Of a stretch of 57,974 bases of DNA, positions 34,575-42,614 are shown one piece after another. Where the stretch lies: contig JAZDMO010000003.1 in NCBI GenBank assembly GCA_043800905.1, forward strand, positions 1 through 57,974. The letters are read 5' to 3'. The position numbers and the translations under genes are program-made. The DNA is from Patescibacteria group bacterium. GTDB taxonomy: Bacteria > Patescibacteriota > Minisyncoccia > Phycocordibacterales > UBA12079. Numbering within the stretch: position 1 is the stretch's first letter; every line of letters begins with the position of its first letter. The notes under the pieces were generated by a model. The model was not told the DNA's origin and did not search any database. It saw only the letters and a list, made by a program, of their open reading frames with translations.

Positions 34575-34816
34575 TTTTTGACAGTTTCATTTTTTTGAGT
34601 CTCTTTTTGACCCCTTGGTGGTTTTTTTTAATTTTATGTTTAGTGGTTATTTTTGAAAAACCATTTTTTTATGAAATTTTAGTTTTTTCGTTAATGTTTG
34701 ATTTGTTATACTTTAGTTCAAGAGAAGTGCTGTATAATTTGCCGATTTTTTTTATCATTACAAGTTTGTTTTTGTTTTTGGTTCAGTTTTTTAGAAATCA
34801 ATTAAGGTTGTATTAA
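34547..34816 (+). CDS. Small polytopic membrane protein in the mreD position
   Basis: Three hydrophobic segments, located between mreC and PBP2. Too short and divergent to call mreD firmly. Confidence 0.4.
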   Translation: MDRAITKRIIFDSFIFLSLFLTPWWFFLILCLVVIFEKPFFYEILVFSLMFDLLYFSSREVLYNLPIFFIITSLFLFLVQFFRNQLRLY

Positions 34817-34817
34817 A

Positions 34818-36518
34818 ATGTTTTTTAATTTTTTTAGAAAGAATTATCGATGGAAAGACCTTGGGGATTTTATAAATCCTGATGACATTTTTTTAGACTC
34901 AAGTAATTTACCCGAGTTTAATGTTTATCAATTTGAAGGACAATTAGAAAGAACAATTTCTCAAAGAACTATTTTCTTTGTGGGAGCTTTTTTTTCTATA
35001 ATTTTAATTTCTTTTATTTTTAAAATAGATAAATTGCAGATTATTCATGGGGAAGAAATGCTAGAGAAAGGGGAAAATAATCGTCTGGAACATTCTATTG
35101 TTTTTCCGGAGAGAGGAATTATTTATGATAGAAATGGAGTTCTTTTAGCTTGGAATTCTCCTGATAAAATAGAAGGTCAAGATTTTTTGAAAAGAGAATA
35201 TCTTGATACTCAAGGGATCGCACATATTTTGGGTTATCTTAGTTATCCTCAAAAAGATAGCACTGGAAATTATTTTCAAGATAAATTTTTAGGCATGGGA
35301 GGGGTCGAGGATTTTTTTAATGAAAAAATGAGTGGGCAAACTGGATTAAAAATTGTAGAAAAAGATGCTCTTTTTGAAGTTAAATCTGAATCGACAACTA
35401 GACCAGCTAAGGAAGGAGAAAGCTTGGTGTTATCTTTAGATTATCGTCTTCAAAATGCTATGTACGGATATATGAAAGAATTATCAGAGAGAGTAGGTTT
35501 TATTGGTGGGGCTGGGGTCATTATGAATGTGGAAAATGGAGAGATCATTACAATGGTATCTTATCCAGAATTTGATTCTAAAATTATGACAGAGAAAGAG
35601 GATAAGGTTGCAATTAAATCATTTTCTAACGATAAAAAAAATCCATTTTTGAATCGGGTTACTTCTGGTCTTTTTACCCCAGGGTCAATTATTAAACCAT
35701 TTTTAGCTTTAGGAGCTTTGAATGAAGGCATTATTACGCCCGAAAAACAAATTTTAAGTACAGGCTCTATTTCTATTCAAAATCCATATTTTCCAGATCA
35801 AAAAACTGTTTTTAAAGATTGGAAAGCACATGGTTGGGTTAATATGATTCAAGCTTTGGCTGTTTCTTCCGATGTTTATTTTTATGAAGTTGGGGGTGGC
35901 TATGAAGATCAAAAAGGTTTAGGTATAGAAAAAATTAATGAGTATGTAAAGATTTTTGGTTTTAGTCGAGAAACAGGAATTGAAGCTTTTTCTGAAGAAC
36001 GAGGGTTGGTTCCTAATCCTCAATGGAAAGAAGACGTTTTTGGAGAAGAATGGCTTATTGGAAATACTTATCACACTGCAATTGGGCAATATGGTTTTCA
36101 AGTGACTCCTTTACAAGTGGTGAAAGCGGTTGGTGCGATTGCTAATAAGGGGAAACTTTTTCGTCCTACTATTTTAAAAAATAAGATGACTTATGACGAA
36201 TGTGAATTAATTGATATCAAAGAAGAATATTTTGATGTCATTCAGAAAGGAATGCGAGAAGCTATTTTAACTGGTACAGCTAAGGGTTTGAATGTTTCTT
36301 TTGTAAATGTATCAGCTAAAACAGGGACCGCCGAAAGAGGTGTAAAAAAAGATAAAGTCAATTCTTGGATAACTGGTTTTTTCCCTTCAGAAAAACCTAA
36401 GTATGCTTTTGTGGTAATTATGGAAGAGGGCCCTGTAGAAAACCAAATTGGAGGTCTTTATGTAATGCGACAAATGTTGGAATGGATGAATGTTTATACC
36501 CCTGAATATTTTAAATAA
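34818..36518 (+). CDS. mrdA: Penicillin-binding protein 2 (elongasome transpeptidase)
   Basis: SIIK (SxxK), SSD (SxN-like) and KTGTA motifs. Follows the mreBCD cluster. Confidence 0.85.
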   Translation: MFFNFFRKNYRWKDLGDFINPDDIFLDSSNLPEFNVYQFEGQLERTISQRTIFFVGAFFSIILISFIFKIDKLQIIHGEEMLEKGENNRLEHSIVFPERGIIYDRNGVLLAWNSPDKIEGQDFLKREYLDTQGIAHILGYLSYPQKDSTGNYFQDKFLGMGGVEDFFNEKMSGQTGLKIVEKDALFEVKSESTTRPAKEGESLVLSLDYRLQNAMYGYMKELSERVGFIGGAGVIMNVENGEIITMVSYPEFDSKIMTEKEDKVAIKSFSNDKKNPFLNRVTSGLFTPGSIIKPFLALGALNEGIITPEKQILSTGSISIQNPYFPDQKTVFKDWKAHGWVNMIQALAVSSDVYFYEVGGGYEDQKGLGIEKINEYVKIFGFSRETGIEAFSEERGLVPNPQWKEDVFGEEWLIGNTYHTAIGQYGFQVTPLQVVKAVGAIANKGKLFRPTILKNKMTYDECELIDIKEEYFDVIQKGMREAILTGTAKGLNVSFVNVSAKTGTAERGVKKDKVNSWITGFFPSEKPKYAFVVIMEEGPVENQIGGLYVMRQMLEWMNVYTPEYFK

Positions 36519-36587
36519 TTTTATATTTAGGTTTTTTGTTGACTTAATTTAGATGATTCTCTACAATTAAGAAAGACAAAAGGTCTG

Positions 36588-36616
36588 TTGTAAATTGACA
36601 TTATTGTTGCTATAAT
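36588..36616 (+). promoter_or_regulatory. Putative sigma-70 promoter for greA
   Basis: TTGTAA, 17 nt, TATAAT with TGc extended -10, about 50 nt upstream of the ATG. Confidence 0.35.
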
Positions 36617-36663
36617 ATCTCTTCATATTTAAATATGAATTTATAGATAAATATCTTTGCCTT

Positions 36664-37137
36664 ATGAAAAATTCAGAAGAATATTTAACAGAACAGAAAC
36701 ATCGTGAGCTTGTAGATGAGCTTGATTTTTTGCGCACTACACGTAGACAAGAAGTCGCTGATAATTTAAAAGAAGCTCGTTCCTTGGGGGATTTGAGTGA
36801 AAATGCTGAATATCATCAAGCTCGGGAAGAACAAGCTAATATTGAAAAAAGAATTAAGGATTTAGAAGCTATTTTAAAAAATGCAGTTTTATTGGGGAAA
36901 AAAAGTAGTGGAAACGGAAAGGTTGATATTGGGGCTATTGTTACATTGCAAAAAAAAGATGAAAAAAATTCTATTACCTATACGATTGTCGGTAGTCAAG
37001 AAGTCGATATGTCTCAAAATAAAATTTCTAATTCCTCTCCTTTGGTTCAAGCGATGTTAGGGAAGACTAAGGGCGAAAGTTTTTCTTTTAAATCTCCTCG
37101 TGGAATTCAAGATTATAAGATTTTGGACATAAAATAA
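36664..37137 (+). CDS. greA: Transcription elongation factor GreA
   Basis: LGDLSENAEYHQAREEQ motif; 157 aa. Confidence 0.9.
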   Translation: MKNSEEYLTEQKHRELVDELDFLRTTRRQEVADNLKEARSLGDLSENAEYHQAREEQANIEKRIKDLEAILKNAVLLGKKSSGNGKVDIGAIVTLQKKDEKNSITYTIVGSQEVDMSQNKISNSSPLVQAMLGKTKGESFSFKSPRGIQDYKILDIK

Positions 37138-37196
37138 GATTTTTAAATCTTATTTTATGAATTAAAAATTTTAAATTTTAGATTTTAAATTAAAGA

Positions 37197-37230
37197 AAAG
37201 GCGGCGGGCTAAAGCCCGCCGCCTTTTTTC
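37197..37230 (+). terminator. Intrinsic terminator after greA
   Basis: GGCGGCGGGC-taaa-GCCCGCCGCC followed by TTTTTT. Confidence 0.75.
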
Positions 37231-37277
37231 ATTTTTTTATAGATGTAAGATTTTCTTCTTCATTCCTTTCCGTGAAT

Positions 37278-37409
37278 CGTCATTGCGAATTTACGAAGCA
37301 ATCTGCCTGCCGGCAGGCAGGTCCAGCGTTTTTTTAATTAAATCACTTCGTGATTTCACAAGTCTGGATTACCGCGTCGTTCCGTTACACTTCACTTTTC
37401 GCAATGACG
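37278..37409. repeat. Repeat cluster I: (-) minimal unit with nested GC palindrome, junction module, (+) unit
   Basis: CGTCATTGCGAATTTACGAAGCAAT[CTGCCTGCCGGCAGGCAGG]TCCAG at 37278-37326. AAATCACTTCGTGATTTCACAAGT at 37340-37363. CTGGATTACCGC...TTCGCAATGACG at 37364-37409. Confidence 0.8.
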
Positions 37410-37533
37410 GATTTTCCAATAATATATCCTTAAGCTAGCCAACCCTATAAAAATTTAATATACTAAAGTAAAGAAAAATCATAAAGTGGTTTTTCTCCTA
37501 AAAACTAAAAGCTAATAACTAATCTACAAAAAA

Positions 37534-39003
37534 ATGGCCTCATTAGAAGAAATAAGAAAAATTCGTTTAGAAAAAAAAGCAAAATTGGAAACGAAAGGAT
37601 TAAAAGCCTATGCGATTACTGTTGACTTTTCACATACTTTAAAAGAAGTGGCGGAAAATTTTGAAGAAGGAAAAGAAGTTCAATTGGTTGGACGGGTAAT
37701 GTCTTTACGTGGACAAGGGGCTTTGCTTTTTTTAAATTTTTTTGATGGCACAGAAACATTTCAAGCTGTTTTGAAAAAAGAAGTTTTGGGCGATGATGAC
37801 TTTGCTTTTTTTGAAGAAGTGGTAGATATCGGAGATTTTATTTCAGTTAGTGGAAAATTGTTTATTACTCAAAGAGGACAGGCTTCAGTAGAAGTTTCGG
37901 AATGGAAAGTAATTTCAAAGGCTTTGCGACCTTTACCTGAAAAATTCCACGGTTTGCAAGATATAGAGCAGAAGTATCGTAAAAGATATTTAGATGCTTT
38001 AAGTAATCCAGAAGTTTTTGAAAGTTTTAAAATTCGTTCACAAGTAGTAGCAAAAATAAGAGAAATTTTAAATGCGGAAAATTTTCTAGAAGTAGAAACT
38101 CCTATTTTACAAAATCAGGCCTCAGGAGCTATGGCGGAAACTTTTAAAACTCATCATAACGATTATGATATGGATATGGTTTTGCGAATTTCTTTGGAAG
38201 CTGAATTAAAAATAATTATGACTGCGGGTTATCCAGCGGTTTACGAAATTGGAAAAAATTTCCGCAATGAAGGTTCAGATTCTTCTCATATGCAAGAATT
38301 TACTATGTTGGAATGGTATAAAGCTTATCAAGATTTGGAATACAACTTGGCTTTGACTGAGAAAATGATAAAAACTGTTGCCAGTGAAATAGTGGGGAAG
38401 ACTCAATTTAAAATTATTGATGCCAACGATAAAATAGTGGAAATTGATTTAGGTGGGGAATGGGGAAGAATAAAATTTAATGATTTAATAAAAGAAAATA
38501 CTGGTTGGGATCCTCAGGGGGCTTCGCGAGAAGAAATAGAAGAAAATGCTTTAAAATTAGGTTTTGATAAAAAAGATTTAGAAGCAACTTCAAATGGAAA
38601 TTTACTTGATTTTATTTTTAAAAAATCTTCTCGTCATAAAATAATTCAACCAACTTTTGTGATGAATTATCCAGGGTCTTTGAAGCCTTTAGCAATGCAA
38701 AATGAAGATGGAACCGCTGAAGTAGCTCAGTTGATTATTGCTGGGGCAGAAATCACTAATCAGTATGCCGAATTGATTGATCCTGTGATTCAGCGTGAAC
38801 TTTTGGAAAAACAAGCAGAATTGAAAAAAAAGGGAGACAAAGAGACTATGGATTTGAATAATGATTTTATTGAAGCTATGGAACATGGCATGCCTCCAAT
38901 GACGGGTTTTGGAATGGGTATTGATAGATTGGTAGCCATCTTAACCGAATCCCCAAATCTAAGAGATACCGTTTTCTTTCCTATTATGAAACCAATGAAA
39001 TAA
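37534..39003 (+). CDS. lysS: Lysine--tRNA ligase (class II)
   Basis: OB-fold N-terminus. Class II motifs including FRNEG and GMGIDRL. Confidence 0.9.
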   Translation: MASLEEIRKIRLEKKAKLETKGLKAYAITVDFSHTLKEVAENFEEGKEVQLVGRVMSLRGQGALLFLNFFDGTETFQAVLKKEVLGDDDFAFFEEVVDIGDFISVSGKLFITQRGQASVEVSEWKVISKALRPLPEKFHGLQDIEQKYRKRYLDALSNPEVFESFKIRSQVVAKIREILNAENFLEVETPILQNQASGAMAETFKTHHNDYDMDMVLRISLEAELKIIMTAGYPAVYEIGKNFRNEGSDSSHMQEFTMLEWYKAYQDLEYNLALTEKMIKTVASEIVGKTQFKIIDANDKIVEIDLGGEWGRIKFNDLIKENTGWDPQGASREEIEENALKLGFDKKDLEATSNGNLLDFIFKKSSRHKIIQPTFVMNYPGSLKPLAMQNEDGTAEVAQLIIAGAEITNQYAELIDPVIQRELLEKQAELKKKGDKETMDLNNDFIEAMEHGMPPMTGFGMGIDRLVAILTESPNLRDTVFFPIMKPMK

Positions 39004-39057
39004 TTTTAGTCTAAAATTATTTCAAATTATAAATGAAAAATTAAAAATTATAAATTT

Positions 39058-39090
39058 AAACAGGCGATCGCTTCGCGGTCGCCTGTTTTG
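39058..39090 (+). terminator. Intrinsic terminator after lysS
   Basis: ACAGGCGATCGC-ttc-GCGGTCGCCTGT followed by TTTT. Confidence 0.6.
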
Positions 39091-39105
39091 TTTAAATATT
39101 GAAAT

Positions 39106-39288
39106 AAAAAAGGGTGACCTAATAAAAGTGTCACCCGCGGATTTTTCCTGATGGCTGAAGATGGTTATCTTCCTCAAAAAAGAACTGTTTTTAGTCCGAA
39201 ATGAGGGTTGGATTTGCAAGCGTGGGTTTTTACCACTAACCTACTCTTTACCATTGAGTTGCTGAAGCAATCCAACCCTCATTCGGTA
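39106..39288 (-). ncRNA. Candidate stand-alone structured sRNA (about 180 nt), family not recognised
   Basis: On the minus strand: extended -10 TGgTATTAT (39295-39303) with TTGATT upstream. About 20-bp closing stem (39196-39217 with 39267-39286). Small hairpin GAAGAT/ATCTTC. Terminator GGGTGAC...GTCACCC plus TTTTTT (39106-39136). No credible ORF. Confidence 0.3.
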
Positions 39289-39500
39289 ATGGAGATAATA
39301 CCAGAAAACAAAAAAAATCAATATTATTAAAACTCTTTGGCTACGCCCGTAGTCGATAGAATTTCCTCCCCACCAAAAAATCACTTCCACTCAAGACGAA
39401 CAAGCAATATAACTCTCCTGAACCTGCCCATATAGGTAGGTTGAATTTTTTAATTTTGTGGTAGAATGGAGATAATAGTAAATATTTAAGTTAAATTAAT

Positions 39501-39725
39501 ATGAAGAAATTTAAATTTTCAGAAATTTTTAGAGAAAATTCGGATGGTTCTTTAGAGCCCATAAGACATATCTCTGTTAATAAAATAAGTTTTGGTCCTG
39601 GAGTTATGTTTCAAAAAGGTGTGGTTTTGGGTGGAATTAATTTTCATCTTTATAAAAATTGGGATATTGCAGCCGAAGAGAAAGAAGATGGTTCTTTAGA
39701 AATTATGGGTTTTTATGAATTATAA
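39501..39725 (+). CDS. Hypothetical protein (74 aa)
   Basis: ORF with an ATG start, tightly followed by the next ORF. No recognisable motif. Confidence 0.45.
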   Translation: MKKFKFSEIFRENSDGSLEPIRHISVNKISFGPGVMFQKGVVLGGINFHLYKNWDIAAEEKEDGSLEIMGFYEL

Positions 39726-39727
39726 AA

Positions 39728-40072
39728 ATGTTGGTGGTTCCAAGTAAAAAAGAAATAGTTGGTCTTGTTGAGGCTCAAGCTAGTTCGATTGAAGATGTTT
39801 CTAATAGACTTGTTAAATTAGAAAGGTCAATAGAAAAACAAGATTCAAAAAATAATAATATTATTATTGGAGTACTTGTGGCCCTTGTCTTTATTGTGGC
39901 TACTGTTGCTGTAGAGGTGATTTTAACAAATATAAAGGAATTTGATTTTTATTCAAATTTATCTGAACAAAACGATGTTTTTATTAAAGAGTTTAATGAA
40001 CAACGATTTGAAATTCAGAGATTAGATAATAATATAAATAATATAAAAATTAGAAATCCTTATTTAAAATAA
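39728..40072 (+). CDS. Hypothetical single-pass membrane protein (114 aa)
   Basis: Central hydrophobic segment IIIGVLVALVFIVATVAVEVIL. Starts 2 nt after the previous stop. Confidence 0.45.
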   Translation: MLVVPSKKEIVGLVEAQASSIEDVSNRLVKLERSIEKQDSKNNNIIIGVLVALVFIVATVAVEVILTNIKEFDFYSNLSEQNDVFIKEFNEQRFEIQRLDNNINNIKIRNPYLK

Positions 40073-40210
40073 TTAAAAAATATAGAAGAAATAGTTTAAA
40101 TTTTAATAAACTAAGCGAGGTCTAGTTATATAAAAATTGAAATTTAGTAGAAGTTAATAATTTTTAATAAATACTTGTCATTATCCGTTATTTCTGCTAA
40201 CATATGGGCT

Positions 40211-40657
40211 ATGTTAAAAATAAGATTACAAAGAGTCGGTAGAAAGCACGATCCTTCTTACAGGGTTCTTTTAATCGATTCTCAACAAGGACCTAAAAGT
40301 GGTAAGTTTATTGAAAACCTTGGATTTTATGACACTATCAGAAAAATTAAACAATTGAAGGGAGAAAGAATTAAATATTGGATTGGGCAAGGAGCACAAG
40401 TTTCAGATACAGTTCACAATATTCTTGTTTCAGAAAAAGTGATTGAAGGAAAGAAAAAGAATGTTTTACCTAAAAAATCTCCAGTGATTGACGAAGCTAA
40501 ATTGAAAGCTGAAGCAGAAGCAAAAGAAGCTAAGGAAAAAGCAGAGAAAGAAGCTTCCGAGACTCCTGTAGAGGAAACTCCAGTTGAAGCCGTAGCTGAG
40601 GAAGTTGTAGAAGAGGTTAAAGAAGAAACTTCAGCTGAAGAAATAAAAACTGCCTAA
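40211..40657 (+). CDS. rpsP: 30S ribosomal protein S16 with an acidic/K-rich C-terminal extension
   Basis: MLKIRLQRVGRKHDPSYRV is the canonical S16 N-terminus, so the ATG at 40211 is preferred over the TTG at 40175. Confidence 0.85.
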   Translation: MLKIRLQRVGRKHDPSYRVLLIDSQQGPKSGKFIENLGFYDTIRKIKQLKGERIKYWIGQGAQVSDTVHNILVSEKVIEGKKKNVLPKKSPVIDEAKLKAEAEAKEAKEKAEKEASETPVEETPVEAVAEEVVEEVKEETSAEEIKTA

Positions 40658-40707
40658 ACAATTTGAAAAAAATTATTTAGAATTTTAGATTTTAAATTTT
40701 AAATTGA

Positions 40708-40738
40708 AAAAAAGCGCTGCCGAGTCAGCGCTTTTTTC
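40708..40738. terminator. Bidirectional terminator between rpsP and the MFS gene
   Basis: AAAAAA-AGCGCTG-ccgagt-CAGCGCT-TTTTTT. Confidence 0.7.
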
Positions 40739-40748
40739 TTTTGGTGAA

Positions 40749-41915
40749 TTACCCCACCAAATATTCTTTTTTTATTGTCGGAATAAAACTAAAAATGATT
40801 AGAGCTATTCCTAAAATAATAAAGGTATAATTAATAGACCAATCCATCAAAAAACCAACAAGAGGGTAAAGGATAGCTGTGATTATTTTACGGAACATTT
40901 CCGCAAAAGATAAAGCTGTGGTTTGGTAAGCTTCTTCTATATGTTCCAGCATATAGTTGGTTGATAGAGTTGGTCGGGATAAACCGAAAGCACTTATCAC
41001 AAGAATTCCAAATATTTTGAAGAAAATGTTTCCTAAAGATATTCCTATCAAAAACAAAAACAAGCCTGACACAAAAGAACTAAAGAAAAGAAAGTTTTTG
41101 TCCCCTCCAAAAAATTTTTCAAATTTTGGGAGGTTTGAAAGAACCATTATCTGAGACAAACAAATTAAAGCATGAATTGTCCCAAAATAAATAATTTCTA
41201 ATCCTTCCTGTCTTAAAAACGGTTGATAAATCCAGATCAGAAAAAAACAAAAAACTTGAACAATGATTTTATCAAAAGTAATCATTGTTAGTGCTTTTGA
41301 TTTTTTAAAACAGAAAAATCCGTTTATCAAAGTTTCTTTAAAAGATTTTAGATTTACTCCGTTATTGGGTTCTGTTAGGGTAAGGCTTATAACAAAAGCA
41401 ATTAAAGGACAGGTTGCAGTGATTAAAACAGCTTCGCGTAATCCGAAGTAATGAGCAACAATACTTCCTAGGGCGGCGGAAATTAACATTCCGATCATTC
41501 CAAAACTTTTGTTTCTTCCTAAAACAATCTTTTTTTGGTGTTTTCTATTAAGATTATTTAGGGTACAAGCAATAAGCGAACTTTCTGTCCCTGAAATCAG
41601 AGAACATCCGATTGCTAGGACTAGTTCTCCTAGACAGAAAATCCAAAAATTTGGGATACTTCCATAAATCAAAAAACCAATACCATTCAGGAGCAATCCC
41701 AGTGTTAGGCTTAACTTTTTTCCAAAACGATCGGCAAAACCACCCGAAGGAAACTCAAACACAAAACAGCAAATCATAAACCAAGATTGTAGAGTTAGAG
41801 TTTGGGAAAAACTTATTTTACCCCAATCGGTGAAGAAGGGAACTAGTATTCCTCCCATAAAACTAAAACTAGCAACAAAACTAATCAGGTGCATTTTCCA
41901 GATGTTTGATTTCAT
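40749..41915 (-). CDS. MFS transporter
   Basis: About 12 hydrophobic segments. MFS motif A-like GGFADRFGKK. ATG at 41915 is preceded by AAGGAG and preferred over the GTG at 41924. Confidence 0.8.
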   Translation of the reverse strand: MKSNIWKMHLISFVASFSFMGGILVPFFTDWGKISFSQTLTLQSWFMICCFVFEFPSGGFADRFGKKLSLTLGLLLNGIGFLIYGSIPNFWIFCLGELVLAIGCSLISGTESSLIACTLNNLNRKHQKKIVLGRNKSFGMIGMLISAALGSIVAHYFGLREAVLITATCPLIAFVISLTLTEPNNGVNLKSFKETLINGFFCFKKSKALTMITFDKIIVQVFCFFLIWIYQPFLRQEGLEIIYFGTIHALICLSQIMVLSNLPKFEKFFGGDKNFLFFSSFVSGLFLFLIGISLGNIFFKIFGILVISAFGLSRPTLSTNYMLEHIEEAYQTTALSFAEMFRKIITAILYPLVGFLMDWSINYTFIILGIALIIFSFIPTIKKEYLVG

Positions 41916-41971
41916 GTGCCACACTCCTTTTTTAAATTGTAAAAGAACTGGTCTTAAAAGGTTTTGCTAAA

Positions 41972-42283
41972 CAAAAAAACTCGGCGTTTTTATTTAGCCG
42001 AGAGGTTTTTAAGAGATTTTTTAAAAAGGAGAGATTTTTAGAATTGGAGTTTAAAATACTCACGGCTAAATATAAATGAAGGATTTCCATAAATAGGGAA
42101 AATACCTGTCTTTGCGACAGACAAACCATTCATATTATTTTGTCGTGAATAATTTTTATTCATCCCGTTAGAGATAGTTTACCAAAGGTAAACGTTCTCG
42201 AATTAAACTTTTAATCTTTAACCCCGCTAAATCTCTAACGGGATTCATAACTTTAAAATACCACTTAATTAGAGGGATGTCAA
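41972..42283 (-). promoter_or_regulatory. Candidate structured leader (riboswitch/attenuator-like) upstream of the MFS transporter
   Basis: On the minus strand: TTGACA, 17 nt, TGgTATTTT (42255-42283). A 12-bp stem CCCGTTAGAGAT/ATCTCTAACGGG (42164-42175 with 42231-42242) encloses the hairpin GTTTACC/GGTAAAC. Terminator CTCGGC...GCCGAG plus TTTTTTT (41972-42002) lies about 55 nt before the MFS start. Confidence 0.3.
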
Positions 42284-42329
42284 ACAAAATGAGGTTATTT
42301 TTCTATGCACATTTTTTCTAAAAAAACAA

Positions 42330-42358
42330 TTGACATCTTATTTAAAATAAGCTAAACT
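42330..42358 (+). promoter_or_regulatory. Putative sigma-70 promoter upstream of rpoB
   Basis: TTGACA, 17 nt, TAAACT, about 255 nt upstream of the rpoB ATG. Confidence 0.35.
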
Positions 42359-42614
42359 AGTCTCTTAGAAGTTTTGCCCGCTCTATTGAGTTGCGATTGT
42401 GACGAAATTTATTATTAATATTTAAAAAATAATCAACCCAAAAGTGGTTAAGTGTTTTTATTTTTTCAAAGATCCTTGGCTTGTTTTTCTACACAAGGAC
42501 TTTTTATTAATTATATAGAACTTTTAAATAGAAAAAATTTTATATTTAAAAGGGGTGTAATTAAAGATGTTATTAGTTTGATATTTATCATTATAAATCG
42601 CAACAATTTTTATT

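Noticed and set aside
38262-38276. CCGCAATGAAGG inside lysS resembles the CGCAATGACG terminus of the repeat family.
   Set aside because: It encodes the universally conserved class II FRNEG motif and lacks the partner terminus and cargo, so the resemblance is coincidental.
42146-42172. 17-nt identity TCTAACGGGATGAATAA between the minus strand here and the dnaG start region (49663-49679).
   Set aside because: A single 17-mer match in an AT-rich 58-kb window on two strands is close to chance expectation, and the similarity does not extend further.
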